In this document: in pieces, positions 20,489 through 30,511 of the stretch
Layout of the letters: each line of letters opens with the position of its first letter
Position numbering within the stretch: position 1 is the first letter of the stretch
Source of the DNA: an uncultured Acidobacteriota bacterium
GTDB lineage: Bacteria; Acidobacteriota; Vicinamibacteria; Vicinamibacterales; UBA8438
Length of the DNA: 64,000 nucleotides
Assembly: GCA_913043225.1 (NCBI GenBank)
Contig: CAJWLU010000002.1
Span: 96,001 to 160,000 of the forward strand
Direction of reading: 5' to 3'
Notes under the pieces: generated by a model
Database searches by the model: none
Seen by the model: the letters and a program-made list of their open reading frames with translations, nothing else
Told to the model about the DNA's origin: nothing
Translations under genes and position numbers: made by a program

Positions 20489-21150
20489 GACTGCTCCTCT
20501 CCGAACCCGCGCTCGATCGCGGTGCCCACGGCCGGTACCCAGCCGTCGAATAGATGATTGGCGCCGTCGATCACCGTGAGGGTCTTCGGCGGATTGACCT
20601 GTTCGTAGAACTCTCGGAGTAGGTCGATCGGGATGAGCTCGTCCTCGGTACCGTGGATGAAGTACATCGGTTTTCCGCTGGCGAGGACACCCTCGAAGTC
20701 ACGTCTCCCAACCGGAGGCGCGATCGCGAGCAGCCGCGTAACCCGCGGATCGGTCACGCCAGCGGTCAACGCGATCCAGGCGCCAAGGGAGAACCCCGCC
20801 GCCCACAGCTCGGCGCCCGGACAGGCGTCGGCGACGAAGTCGAGCCCGGCTTCGAAATCGGCTCGTTCCCCTCGCCCTTCATCCCACTGGCCCTCGCTGG
20901 TGCCGACTCCGCGAAAGTTGAACCGGAGGACCGCGCATCCGAGGCGGAGAAAAGACTTCGCCGTGCGGTAGACCACTTTGGTGTGCATCGTGCCCCCGTG
21001 CAGGGGGTGGGGGTGACCGACGACGACTCCGGCGCGGACATGGCCAGAGGGGCGATCGAATAGCGCTTCGAGGCGTCCTGCTGGCCCGTCGAACTCGCGG
21101 ACCGTCCTGTAGGTCCCGCTCGCTACGGGTGTCACATCGGTCGGGTTCAT
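20485..21150 (-). CDS. Alpha/beta hydrolase
   Basis: HPHPLHGGTM, RFNFRGVG, GFSLG nucleophile elbow, terminal His in ANHLF. Confidence 0.88.
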   Translation of the reverse strand: MNPTDVTPVASGTYRTVREFDGPAGRLEALFDRPSGHVRAGVVVGHPHPLHGGTMHTKVVYRTAKSFLRLGCAVLRFNFRGVGTSEGQWDEGRGERADFEAGLDFVADACPGAELWAAGFSLGAWIALTAGVTDPRVTRLLAIAPPVGRRDFEGVLASGKPMYFIHGTEDELIPIDLLREFYEQVNPPKTLTVIDGANHLFDGWVPAVGTAIERGFGEEQS

Positions 21151-21968
21151 GCTGGTTTCTGCAACGGTTCAGGTTGGCGTGTGTGTTCGATCACGAATTG
21201 ACCAACTGTCTCGGCGAATTGTGCCGGTTTCGTGACGAGACCGAGGTGCCCGGTACCCGCGATGGTGTGAGCCTTGGCTCCTTGGATCCTCTCCGCGTAG
21301 CGACGTGTCCCTTCTACTGCTACCACCCGGTCGAGCCCCGGCTCCCCGGTGACGACGAGAGTGGGAGCGCTCACATGATCGCAGGCCGTCGCGAAGTCGA
21401 CGGTGCCATCGGCCATCAGCTTAGCTCTGGTCGCCATGCGGGTCGGCGAGAACGGGTGTCGTACCACTGTCGCTAGATGGCTTGCGGCAAACCTTAGACG
21501 CAAGCCAAGGTGGTCGAACGCCTGCCAGATTTCAGGTCCCACCCGAAACGGCGACTGTGCGGCGAACAGCGGCGAGAGCAGTCGCGGCGCCCGCAGATAC
21601 CACTCGATCCGGCAATCAGGACGCCATTCCGGAGCCGGCGTCGACGCGAGCACCAGCGATCGGGTCGCTTCGGGTCGCCGCGAGGCCCAGTACAGAGCGA
21701 TCAAGCCGCCAAACGACACCCCGCACACTGCCGCGTCGCGAAGATTGGCGCGCGCCATTAGATCGTCGATCTGCTCGAGGTAGTTGTCGAAGCCGCGCAG
21801 AGGGTCGTAGTCACGGCCACTGCCAGGTTCGCCGGCCAGTGAGACGGTCAGGACGCGACAGTATCGGGACAGGTGATGCACAGCCGGTCCCATCCATTCC
21901 CAGCGTCCCTGTACTCCTGCCACGAGCACCAGCGGCGGACCGGACCCGACATCGACCAGACCAGTCAT
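21147..21968 (-). CDS. Alpha/beta hydrolase
   Basis: GVSFGG elbow, TGHLG catalytic His. Confidence 0.85.
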   Translation of the reverse strand: MTGLVDVGSGPPLVLVAGVQGRWEWMGPAVHHLSRYCRVLTVSLAGEPGSGRDYDPLRGFDNYLEQIDDLMARANLRDAAVCGVSFGGLIALYWASRRPEATRSLVLASTPAPEWRPDCRIEWYLRAPRLLSPLFAAQSPFRVGPEIWQAFDHLGLRLRFAASHLATVVRHPFSPTRMATRAKLMADGTVDFATACDHVSAPTLVVTGEPGLDRVVAVEGTRRYAERIQGAKAHTIAGTGHLGLVTKPAQFAETVGQFVIEHTRQPEPLQKPA

Positions 21969-21972
21969 CGCT

Positions 21973-24300
21973 CTAGTTCCTGAGTGTTTTCCCTGTCTTC
22001 AGCGTGTGACGGATCCGTTCCAGCGTCTTGGCTTCTCCGCACAGTTTAAGGAATGCCTCGCGCTCGAGGTCGAGCAGGTGCTGTTCGCTCACTGTCGTCG
22101 GGTGTGGGAGGTCGCCGCCAGTCATGATCCGAGTGATCTGCCTGGCAATCAGCGCGTCGTGGTCGCTTATGTGCCCACCTCGCCAGGCCAAATGGACCCC
22201 GAGTTCGAGCGTCGCCCGCGTATCTTCGCCGCCGACGAAAACCGTGTTGCGGTGCGCGGGGGCGCGGTATCCATCATGTACCCGTTCGAGCGCGGTGGCC
22301 TTGGCATCCGCCATCAGCCGTTCCCGATTCATGGAGATGCCGTCGACCTCACGGAGGAGTCCGAGGCGTTGCGCGTCGGCCGCGCTGGTTGAGACCTTGC
22401 CGAAGCCGATGAGCTCGAACGCTCGCTGGAGCCGAGGCAGCGGGTCGCCTCCGGGGACGGTTGCATCGATCGCCCGAAGCGTTAGCTCCTTCGTCCCACA
22501 GCCGGCCGGGATGAGTCCGACGCCGACCTCGACCTGACCCATATAGCTCTCGGCCGCGGCCTGGACCCGATCGCCGTGCAGGACCATCTCGCATCCGCCC
22601 CCGAGGGTCAGCCCGGCCGGTGCCACGACGACCGGCACCTGAGAGTAGCGGAGCCCAAGGATCGCCTTCTGGAAACCGCGCACCATCAGGTCGATCTCGT
22701 CCCAGTTCCCCTCCTGCGCTTCGAGGAGCACCATCATCAGGTTGGCGCCCGCGCAGAAGTTCACCGCGTTGTTGCCTATCACCAGCGCGGAATACTGTTC
22801 GGCTGCCACGCTGATGCCCGCCATCAGCATCTGCACAGTGTCGCCGCCGATGGTGTTCATCTTGGAGTGGAACTCGACGGCGAGCACCCCGTCGCCGAGG
22901 TCAACAAGACTGGCTCCGCTGTTCTTCCGCACCACGTCCCGCTCGGCTCTGGCCGTGGCCAGGAGCTGAAGTTCTGGACCCGCCGGCCCAAGGTCGCCTT
23001 CGCGAAACCGGCGCCGGGCCTGATCCGAGCCGCGGGGTGCCAGACCCGCCCATTCCAGGGTGGCTGCCGGGAGGTCGGTTTCGCCACCAGCGTCCAGCAC
23101 AGTGTCGAGGCCGATCGCGTCCATCAGCTCGAACGGTCCACGTTCCCAACCGAATCCCCAGCGAAGGGCGCGGTCGACGTCATCCGGGCTGTGGGCGATA
23201 TCTGGGCCGATCTGCGCGGTGTAGAGCAGCGTCTTCCCGAGGGTGGCGCGCATGAATTCGCCCACCGGATCGCGACCGTTGAACAAGATTTGGACCCGTT
23301 CACCAAGATCTTCAATAGATCGGGCCGCATCGATCGCGCCTAGGCGAGCCGACTGACGCTCGCGATACTCCATGGTGGAGGGGTCCAGGGCGAGGATGGT
23401 CGTCCCCTCCGGGTCGCGCTGCTTCTTGTAGAATCCCTGACCGCCCTTTTCACCGGTCCAACCCTTTTCGACTAGCGAGCTCACGAGTTCCGGGAGGACG
23501 AACGCTTCCCGTTCTGGCGATTCGAGCCGAGTCACCAGGTCGGCGGTGACGTGCGCGAGGATGTCGATGCCCGCAATGTCCATCGTGCGGAAGGTCGCGC
23601 TCTTGGGGCGGCCCAGGGCGGGTCCCGTCATCGCGTCGATCTGTTCGATGGTGTACTTGCCGGTTGCCAGTTCATCCAGCGCCCGGGCTACGCCGAAGAG
23701 CCCGATGCGATTGGCGATGAAGCTCGGGGTGTCCTTCGCGATGACCACGCCCTTGCCCAGCTGACGATCGACGAAGTCGGAGATCGTGGTCACGATGGTG
23801 GGATCGGTGTCCGGGGTAGGGATAACTTCGACTAGGCGAAGGTAGCGGGGGGGGTTGAAGAAATGGGTGCCGAGCCAGCGGCGACGGAATCCTTCGCTGC
23901 GTCCCTCGGCGATGGCGCCGATCGGGATACCCGAGGTGTTCGAGCTAACGATAGCGTCGGGGCGGCGATGGCCGTCCACCCGTTCGAGCAGGGCCTGCTT
24001 GATCTCGAGGCGCTCCACGATCGCTTCCACGATCCAGTCGCACTCGCCGAGAGTCTCCAGATCCTCGTCGAAGCCGCCAAGTCTGATGCGGCGCTTGAGA
24101 TCGCGGGAGAAGAAGGGGTTCGGACTGAGCTTCGCGGCGCGGTCGAGGCCGCCCGCGGCGGTAGCGCGGTCGAGGTCGAGCAGGAGTACCTCGATGCCGA
24201 CGTTGGCAAGATGGGCCGCAATCTGTGCGCCCATGGTGCCGGCGCCCAGCACAGCCACGGAGCGAATGGGGGGGGCGGTTACGTCGGTAGTGCCGGTCAT
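21973..24300 (-). CDS. fadN: 3-hydroxyacyl-CoA dehydrogenase/enoyl-CoA hydratase (FadN type)
   Basis: GAGTMG Rossmann fold, SNTSG, HFFNPPRY, C-terminal crotonase FCAGANL/GGGCE, ends TGKTLRN. Confidence 0.93.
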   Translation of the reverse strand: MTGTTDVTAPPIRSVAVLGAGTMGAQIAAHLANVGIEVLLLDLDRATAAGGLDRAAKLSPNPFFSRDLKRRIRLGGFDEDLETLGECDWIVEAIVERLEIKQALLERVDGHRRPDAIVSSNTSGIPIGAIAEGRSEGFRRRWLGTHFFNPPRYLRLVEVIPTPDTDPTIVTTISDFVDRQLGKGVVIAKDTPSFIANRIGLFGVARALDELATGKYTIEQIDAMTGPALGRPKSATFRTMDIAGIDILAHVTADLVTRLESPEREAFVLPELVSSLVEKGWTGEKGGQGFYKKQRDPEGTTILALDPSTMEYRERQSARLGAIDAARSIEDLGERVQILFNGRDPVGEFMRATLGKTLLYTAQIGPDIAHSPDDVDRALRWGFGWERGPFELMDAIGLDTVLDAGGETDLPAATLEWAGLAPRGSDQARRRFREGDLGPAGPELQLLATARAERDVVRKNSGASLVDLGDGVLAVEFHSKMNTIGGDTVQMLMAGISVAAEQYSALVIGNNAVNFCAGANLMMVLLEAQEGNWDEIDLMVRGFQKAILGLRYSQVPVVVAPAGLTLGGGCEMVLHGDRVQAAAESYMGQVEVGVGLIPAGCGTKELTLRAIDATVPGGDPLPRLQRAFELIGFGKVSTSAADAQRLGLLREVDGISMNRERLMADAKATALERVHDGYRAPAHRNTVFVGGEDTRATLELGVHLAWRGGHISDHDALIARQITRIMTGGDLPHPTTVSEQHLLDLEREAFLKLCGEAKTLERIRHTLKTGKTLRN

Positions 24301-24917
24301 CGCTTCCTCAGTCCCTGCACGAAGAGGTCGACGACGTCGTCGGCCTGCGCCACGAGCCGATACCGGCGGCGGCTGAGAATCCAGTTGGTTGCCATTTCGT
24401 CGAGTGCGCCGTAGAACATCTTGGCCGCGAGCATGGCACTGGCCTCGGGCCGGAACGTTCCTTCATGCTGTGCACCAGTAATTGCGTCCCTGATCGCGTT
24501 CAAATAGTCCTGGAGGAGCGTCGAGGAGAACCGCTCCATGAACTTCGTGGACTGCCGCAGTTCGACCTGAAACACCACCGCCATATCCCGATCGCGCCCC
24601 AGATGCCCCAGGTGCACCCGGGCCAGCCGATGCAGTCGTTCGACCGGATCGGCTACACCTTTGAGCGAGGCGTTGGCCTCGGCCATCGCTTCCTGCATCC
24701 GTTGCTCGAAGATCGAGATCAGTAGATCGTCTTTATTCTCAAAGTACAGATACACCGTGCCTGCTGCCACGCCGGCCTCCTTGGCGACGTCGGCTACCTG
24801 GGCATGGAAGAACCCTCGTCGGGCGAAGAGCTTGGTTGCGGCGCGCAGAATCAGCTCCCGCTTGTCGGCGGTGGAGGGTTGACGGACGGCGCGACGGCTG
24901 GTGGAAGCAATGGGCAT
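24297..24917 (-). CDS. fadR: TetR-family regulator, Bacillus FadR/YsiA type
   Basis: HTH VAKEAGVAAGTVYLYFENKDDLL; C-terminal VFQVELRQS; first gene of the fad operon. Confidence 0.88.
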   Translation of the reverse strand: MPIASTSRRAVRQPSTADKRELILRAATKLFARRGFFHAQVADVAKEAGVAAGTVYLYFENKDDLLISIFEQRMQEAMAEANASLKGVADPVERLHRLARVHLGHLGRDRDMAVVFQVELRQSTKFMERFSSTLLQDYLNAIRDAITGAQHEGTFRPEASAMLAAKMFYGALDEMATNWILSRRRYRLVAQADDVVDLFVQGLRKR

Positions 24918-24924
24918 GGCGACG

Positions 24925-24948
24925 TAATGAATGAATGTTCATTCATTA
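24925..24948. promoter_or_regulatory. FadR operator palindrome TAATGAATGAA-TG-TTCATTCATTA
   Basis: Perfect 11-bp arms 7 nt upstream of the fadR ATG; matches the B. subtilis FadR box TGAATGA-N4-TCATTCA. Confidence 0.88.
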
Positions 24949-24954
24949 ATATTC

Positions 24955-24984
24955 ATTGTGGCAACCCCTTGCGGCGATTGTCAA
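24955..24984 (-). promoter_or_regulatory. Sigma70-type promoter of the fad operon
   Basis: TTGACA-18 nt-CACAAT with extended TG on the minus strand. Confidence 0.65.
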
Positions 24985-25011
24985 GCAGGCACCGCTGCGG
25001 TGTCCGGGCAC

Positions 25012-25036
25012 AAAAAAAGCGCGCTGTTAGCGCCGC
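25012..25036 (-). terminator. Possible intrinsic terminator after the TPR genes
   Basis: GCGCT-AAC-AGCGC hairpin followed by GC and T7 on the minus strand. Confidence 0.5.
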
Positions 25037-25127
25037 CCGAGACAGGGGGACAATCACGGCGGTCTATCCGTTGTCGCTTGGCCGTTCAGGGGGGCGACGA
25101 ACGGTGCCCGCGTGCAGCGGGGGGATG

Positions 25128-26072
25128 CTAGGGGAGCGCGTCCAGAGTTGCCCTGGCCTGGGCACCTTCCTCCGAGTCCGGGGCCTTCTCGACGACCTGT
25201 TCGAAGAATCCCTTCGCCGTCGGGATATCGCCTTTGTTCAGGGCGACCAGAGCCAGTTTAAAGAGCGGCTTTTCCCAGTTTGGGTCAGCCTGGTTCGCCT
25301 GTTCGTAGTAATCCTTGGCGTTGTCGACCTCGCCCTTGGCGAACTCGACTTCGCCAAGGTTGTAGAGGTCTTCGCGTGAGGCGGTGCCGGTCTCGGCGAG
25401 AATCGACCCGGCGCCTTCGAAGTCGCCCATCGCCATCCGAACGCGCGCGATCTGTGGGTTGACGACGCTGGCTACGCCGGGGTCGGCCGCTATTGCGGTC
25501 TCGTAGGCGGCGATCGCCTCTTCGTTCTGTCCCTGTTCGAGGTGCGAGTTACCGATCATGATGTGCGCGTCGGTATAGGCCTGGAACTTGGCGAGAATCG
25601 CCTCGAAGGAGGAAATCGCCTCAGCCCACTCTTCGTTTTCGTATGCAGCGTTCGCTGCATCGATTTCCGCCTGGAGCGCCTCAGGATCCACATCGCCCAG
25701 CGCTTCGCTGCCATAGCGGAGTTCGAGTTGGCTGAGCACGCGGTCCATCTTGACCTCGATGTCCGGGTTGCGTCCTTGGCGGATCCGGATGCGGCCAGGA
25801 TTCGGCTGGAAGCCGTCGGCCTCGGCCGACACGCTCCACTGTCCGCTGTTGAGACCTAGCATGGTGAAGCCACCGACGCCGTCGGTCTGCTGCTCGAGGC
25901 GAGGGGGGTTGGCTTCAGGGTTCTCGAGAACTACCGTGGCGTTGGGGATCGGCTCGCCCGTTTCACTGTTGATCACCTTACCGGCGAGCATTCCGCCTTG
26001 TGCCGCGGCGGTTGCGGTCGCGAAACTGAACACGAGCGTCACGAGCATGCAGGATCTGAGGAACTGGCGCAT
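25128..26072 (-). CDS. Secreted carboxypeptidase-regulatory-like domain + TPR protein
   Basis: Signal peptide, GKV...GEPIPNATV...TDGVGGF, TPR repeats; AGGAG 7 nt before the ATG. Confidence 0.85.
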   Translation of the reverse strand: MRQFLRSCMLVTLVFSFATATAAAQGGMLAGKVINSETGEPIPNATVVLENPEANPPRLEQQTDGVGGFTMLGLNSGQWSVSAEADGFQPNPGRIRIRQGRNPDIEVKMDRVLSQLELRYGSEALGDVDPEALQAEIDAANAAYENEEWAEAISSFEAILAKFQAYTDAHIMIGNSHLEQGQNEEAIAAYETAIAADPGVASVVNPQIARVRMAMGDFEGAGSILAETGTASREDLYNLGEVEFAKGEVDNAKDYYEQANQADPNWEKPLFKLALVALNKGDIPTAKGFFEQVVEKAPDSEEGAQARATLDALP

Positions 26073-26179
26073 GAGCATCTCCTGGGGCTGCAGACCGCGG
26101 AGAATTGCCGCGGTAAGTACCGTCACGATTATAGACTACAGCGTGCGTTCCGGTGCCAGGCTGCGGCAATCCGCCGTCG

Positions 26180-26803
26180 TCAGTCGAGGCCGCTCAGCGC
26201 GGCTTGCGCCTCGGTGTTTTCTGGGTCCGCTTCGAGCGCCTGGCGGAAGGCGGCTCGCGCTTCTTCGGGGCGCTCCTGGGCCAAGAACGCGTGGCCGATG
26301 CTGAGGTGAAGGCTCGTCATCGCCGGAGCTTCTTCCAGCACCTCACGGTAGCGTTGGATCGCCGCCTCATACTGGCCTTCGTCGAACTGGGCATCGGCCT
26401 CGTCCAGCGCTGCGGCCAACTCGCTGGCCTTGAGCCCAGCGAGCACACCTGAATCTGGAGCGGGGGGGTTGAACAGATCGCGATCCATGGTGAAGGTGAC
26501 CCGCGTAGCCGGACCTGAGGAGCGTACGCCCACGAACCCCTGTACCGGCTCGAAGCCGTCGGCCGAGATGGCGAAGAGCCACTCGCCACGGTTCAGGCCG
26601 ATGAACATGAAACGCCCCTCAGGGTTGGTGACCGCAGTCTGACTGGCCTGCGACACCAGACTCTCGGCTGAGATCGAGGCGCCCTCGACCCCGTTTCCGT
26701 CTCGGTCTCGCACGACCCCGCGTACCCGTCCCTGAGCGGCTGCCTCGGCGGTGAATCCCAGGACTAGCGCGGCGACGACGACCCCTAGGCTGAATCGCGG
26801 CAT
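26180..26803 (-). CDS. Secreted carboxypeptidase-regulatory-like domain + TPR protein (paralogous architecture)
   Basis: Signal peptide, GRVRGVVRDRDGNGVEGASI, TNPEGRF, TPR; RBS GGAGGGAG. Confidence 0.85.
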   Translation of the reverse strand: MPRFSLGVVVAALVLGFTAEAAAQGRVRGVVRDRDGNGVEGASISAESLVSQASQTAVTNPEGRFMFIGLNRGEWLFAISADGFEPVQGFVGVRSSGPATRVTFTMDRDLFNPPAPDSGVLAGLKASELAAALDEADAQFDEGQYEAAIQRYREVLEEAPAMTSLHLSIGHAFLAQERPEEARAAFRQALEADPENTEAQAALSGLD

Positions 26804-26869
26804 GCTGACTCCCTCCGTGCGAGGGACGGACCGGTATAGTGCCGGGTGACCCGAAAGTATAATCCGATC

Positions 26870-29212
26870 GTGCCCCTCCAGATCCAGCGTCGACTGCACT
26901 TTGGGCGGTGTCTGGTCCTGGTCTGTCTGGGCTGGCTCCTTGTCGCCTCTGTTTCTACACCGGCCCGCGCCCAGATCGATGAGGAGCGTCTTGACCTCAT
27001 CGACGGATTGATCCTGGAAGCGATCCAAGACGGGAACCTACCTGGCGCGGTTGTCCTGGTGGGCCATCAGGGGGAAGTGGTCTATCGTCGGGCGTTTGGC
27101 GAGCGGAACGTCGTGGGCGTCCGCGAGCCGATGACGCTCGACACGATCTTCGACATTGCGTCGCTGACCAAGGTGGTGGCCACCACCAGCGCCGTGATGA
27201 CGATGGTCGAGGATGGTCGGCTCCGGCTACGTGACCGTGTCGCCAACCACTTGCCTAACTTTGACCGACACGGCAAGGGCCCGATCACGATCGAGCATCT
27301 CCTGACACATACCTCAGGGTTGCGTCCCGATCTCCCGCTCGAGGAGGTCTTTCTCGGGGCAGACGAGGCCGTCGCCAGGATGCTTGAGGAGTTGCCCGAG
27401 GCTGCCCCCGGCGAGCGGTTCATCTATAGCGACCTGAACTTCATGCTTCTTGCCGAGATCGTGGAGCGTGTTGCTGAGATGCCGTTCGAGGAATTCGTTC
27501 GAGAACGCGTCTTCGAACCGCTGGGGATGCGAGACACCATGTTTCTTCCTTCGGCCTCGCTGACATCCCGAATTGCCCCCACCGAACCTTGCGTTCCGCT
27601 GGCCTGGCCCTGCGGAGGACCGGGTGCTGAGATGCTGCGCGGACGGGTGCATGACCCGACCGCACGCCGCATGGAGGGCGTGGCCGGCCACGCGGGGCTG
27701 TTTTCCACCGCCGATGACCTGGCTCGGTTTTCACTCATGCTGCTCGGGGGCGGCGAACTGGACGGAAACAGGGTGTTGAGCGGGGCATCAGTGGCTCGCA
27801 TGACCGAGGTGTCTACGCCGCTGGGCATGGCTGATCGTCGTGGTCTGGGTTGGGACATCGACTCACGCTTCTCGTCCAACCGAGGTGCGCTGTTCGGGAC
27901 CGGTTCGTTCGGACATACCGGCTTTACCGGTACCTCGCTCTGGTTGGATCCGGCATCGGGAACCTTCGTCGTGTTTCTTTCCCACCGTGTACATCCGGAC
28001 GGGGAGGGGACCGTGACGGCCTTGCGAGGGAGGGTGGCGACGGTGGCGGCCTCGGCCATCAGAGACCGGCCCTTCCGAGTGGCCCCGCGCGTGTCGGCCG
28101 GGGTGGACGTGCTCCGAGACCGAGGGTTCGACCGGCTAGCCGGACAGCGGGTTGGGTTGGTGACGAACCAGACCGGCCAGACACGCGACGGCCGTTCGAC
28201 CATCGACCTGTTCCACGACGCGCCGGACGTTGACCTGCACGTGTTGTTCAGTCCAGAGCATGGCATTCGCGGGGCTGAGGACGGTCCAGTGGCGTCCGGC
28301 CGGGACGCGCGAACTGGACTACCGGTCCACTCGCTCTACGGTGACACTCGTCGACCCACGACTGAAGCGCTGGACGGGCTGGACACCTTGGTGGTTGATC
28401 TGCAGGACGTCGGAGCGCGTTTCTACACGTACGCCGCCACGACTGCCTACGTGCTCGAGGCGGCGGCGCGGCATGGACTCCGAGTGGTCGTGCTCGACCG
28501 CCCGAACCCGATCGGCGGACGAATCGAGGGACCACTCCTCGATGAACGTCATCTCGGCTTCACCGGTTACGTCTCAGCGCCGACCCGTCATGGCTTGACG
28601 CTGGGTGAGTTGGCAAGACTCTTCAATGGCGAGCGTAGCATCGACGCGGAGCTAGAGGTGGTGCCGGTTCGCGGCTGGACCCGCAACCGGTGGTTTGACG
28701 AGACCGGTCTCCGATGGGTAAACCCCTCTCCAAACATGCGGAATCTGCATCAGGCGTTGCTGTACCCAGGCGTGGGCGGGATCGAAGGGACTAATCTGTC
28801 GGTTGGGCGAGGTACCGATACGCCGTTCGAGCAGATCGGCGCACCGTGGATCGATGGGCCGGTGTTGGCCGAGGCCTTGAACGCGGTCGGGGTTCCCGGG
28901 GTGCGCGTGTACCCGCTGAGCTTCACACCCACTGCGAGCCGCTACGCGGGAGAACGGTGCGGCGGGGTTTTCTTCGTGGTGACCGATCGCGAGCGGTTCG
29001 AGCCGGTACGGTTCGGACTTGAGATCGCCGTAGCGCTGTGGCGCCTCCACGGCGACATTTTCGAGCTTGACGCGACCGAGCGGCTGCTCGGGTCGGCCGA
29101 GGTCTTGGCGGCGATTGAGCGGGGAACACCAACCTGGGAAATCGCCGCGTCATGGGCCGAGGGAGAGGCGCGGTGGCGCCGACTTATCGCCCCGTATCTA
29201 CTCTACGATTGA
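26870..29212 (+). CDS. Serine hydrolase (beta-lactamase family) fused to DUF1343/NamZ exo-beta-N-acetylmuramidase
   Basis: SxxK ASLTK, YSD, HTGFTG, then VGLVTNQTG, FSPEHG, DLQDVGARFYTY, PSPNM, GRGTDTPFE. Confidence 0.9.
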   Translation: MPLQIQRRLHFGRCLVLVCLGWLLVASVSTPARAQIDEERLDLIDGLILEAIQDGNLPGAVVLVGHQGEVVYRRAFGERNVVGVREPMTLDTIFDIASLTKVVATTSAVMTMVEDGRLRLRDRVANHLPNFDRHGKGPITIEHLLTHTSGLRPDLPLEEVFLGADEAVARMLEELPEAAPGERFIYSDLNFMLLAEIVERVAEMPFEEFVRERVFEPLGMRDTMFLPSASLTSRIAPTEPCVPLAWPCGGPGAEMLRGRVHDPTARRMEGVAGHAGLFSTADDLARFSLMLLGGGELDGNRVLSGASVARMTEVSTPLGMADRRGLGWDIDSRFSSNRGALFGTGSFGHTGFTGTSLWLDPASGTFVVFLSHRVHPDGEGTVTALRGRVATVAASAIRDRPFRVAPRVSAGVDVLRDRGFDRLAGQRVGLVTNQTGQTRDGRSTIDLFHDAPDVDLHVLFSPEHGIRGAEDGPVASGRDARTGLPVHSLYGDTRRPTTEALDGLDTLVVDLQDVGARFYTYAATTAYVLEAAARHGLRVVVLDRPNPIGGRIEGPLLDERHLGFTGYVSAPTRHGLTLGELARLFNGERSIDAELEVVPVRGWTRNRWFDETGLRWVNPSPNMRNLHQALLYPGVGGIEGTNLSVGRGTDTPFEQIGAPWIDGPVLAEALNAVGVPGVRVYPLSFTPTASRYAGERCGGVFFVVTDRERFEPVRFGLEIAVALWRLHGDIFELDATERLLGSAEVLAAIERGTPTWEIAASWAEGEARWRRLIAPYLLYD

Positions 29213-30460
29213 GGCGTGGTGCGGTTTGCCGTTCGACGGCGACTCGGCCTCGGCGCTTTGCTTGGTCAGATACATTGCCTCGTCCGCTTCCCGGATGCGG
29301 TTCATGATGTCGTCGTCGTGTGTTTCGACGTCCGAGCATCCGACACTGAGTCCAACTCCGGTCGGGAGCCCAGAAGTTGCCAGCGCTTCCCTGAACGACC
29401 GGCGCAGGTCCGCGCCCTTCTTTCGTGCCTCGTCGAGGTTGCACGAGAGCAGCAGTAGAAACTCGTCCCCGCCCCAGCGAAAGACGTAGTCCGATTCACG
29501 CACGTTGCGCCGAAGGAAAAGCGCGACATACTCGAGCAGCCGGTCGCCTGCCTCGTGCCCGAGGGAGTCGTTCACCATCTTGAAGTGATCGATGTCGATG
29601 AACAGGATCGACAGCGGCACGTCATAGCGCTGTTGCCGCTGAAGCTCTCGTTTGATCACTTCATGAAAGAACCGACGGTTGTGGCAGCCGGTCAGCGCGT
29701 CGGTGATGGCCATCTCCCGCAGTTCCGCCTGGGTCTCCTGCAGGCGCCGGTTGGCGAGTCGAAGCTCGAAGGTCATCTCTTCGAAGACCAGCAAGTGCAT
29801 GCCTAGCGCCGCGAACAGAAACAGGAGCCCGTTGACCACGATCAGCTCGGATGGGACCGTCGCAGCCAACCCACGGACGAGGGTGATCCCGATCCAGGTC
29901 TGGGTGACCGCGGCCAGCAACAGGGCTACCCCGATGACGCCGGCGCCCAGCAGTTGCGTCCGCTGCAGTATGCCCAGGTAGGCCAACCCACCGCCGACGA
30001 GCAGCGCCGAGGCGATCAGGTACCCGGGCAACACGGCTTGGGCAGGGTCCAGCGACAGCGGGCTGAGCACGCACCACGTCAGCACCGGGATGAACAGGAG
30101 GAGATAGCGCCGGCCGGGCCACCGCCGCTCCTTAAACGTGGTGGCGCTCAGCGCGATGGCGGCAATTGCCACGAGGGACAGCGCTCGGGCGAGGCCGAAT
30201 CCAAGGGTGTCGAGCACAGCTGTGCCGTGGTCGCGCCCACTGAGTGTGAGCGATCCGGTCAGAGAGGCCCACGCTACGACCCACTGCAGGATGTAGAGCC
30301 GACGACGGAAGACGTAGAGGAGGGTGACTAGTGCCGAGACCACCATCGTGCCAAGCATCCCGAGGTGGGTCGGGTCGGCAATGCCGAAGGCGCCGGCGGG
30401 AAACAGCTCTATCTCGTCCACGTGCAGGGCGTGGCAGCACGCCAGCACTAGGCTGGGCAC
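29198..30460 (-). CDS. Membrane-bound diguanylate cyclase
   Basis: About 7 TM helices, coiled coil, DALTG, DIDHFK, I-site RESD, GGDEF; start uncertain. Confidence 0.9.
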   Translation of the reverse strand: MPSLVLACCHALHVDEIELFPAGAFGIADPTHLGMLGTMVVSALVTLLYVFRRRLYILQWVVAWASLTGSLTLSGRDHGTAVLDTLGFGLARALSLVAIAAIALSATTFKERRWPGRRYLLLFIPVLTWCVLSPLSLDPAQAVLPGYLIASALLVGGGLAYLGILQRTQLLGAGVIGVALLLAAVTQTWIGITLVRGLAATVPSELIVVNGLLFLFAALGMHLLVFEEMTFELRLANRRLQETQAELREMAITDALTGCHNRRFFHEVIKRELQRQQRYDVPLSILFIDIDHFKMVNDSLGHEAGDRLLEYVALFLRRNVRESDYVFRWGGDEFLLLLSCNLDEARKKGADLRRSFREALATSGLPTGVGLSVGCSDVETHDDDIMNRIREADEAMYLTKQSAEAESPSNGKPHHASIVE

Positions 30461-30511
30461 CGCCTGGGCTGATCATACGTCGCGCCGGTCCGGCGGAAAG
30501 CGGTCGATGCT

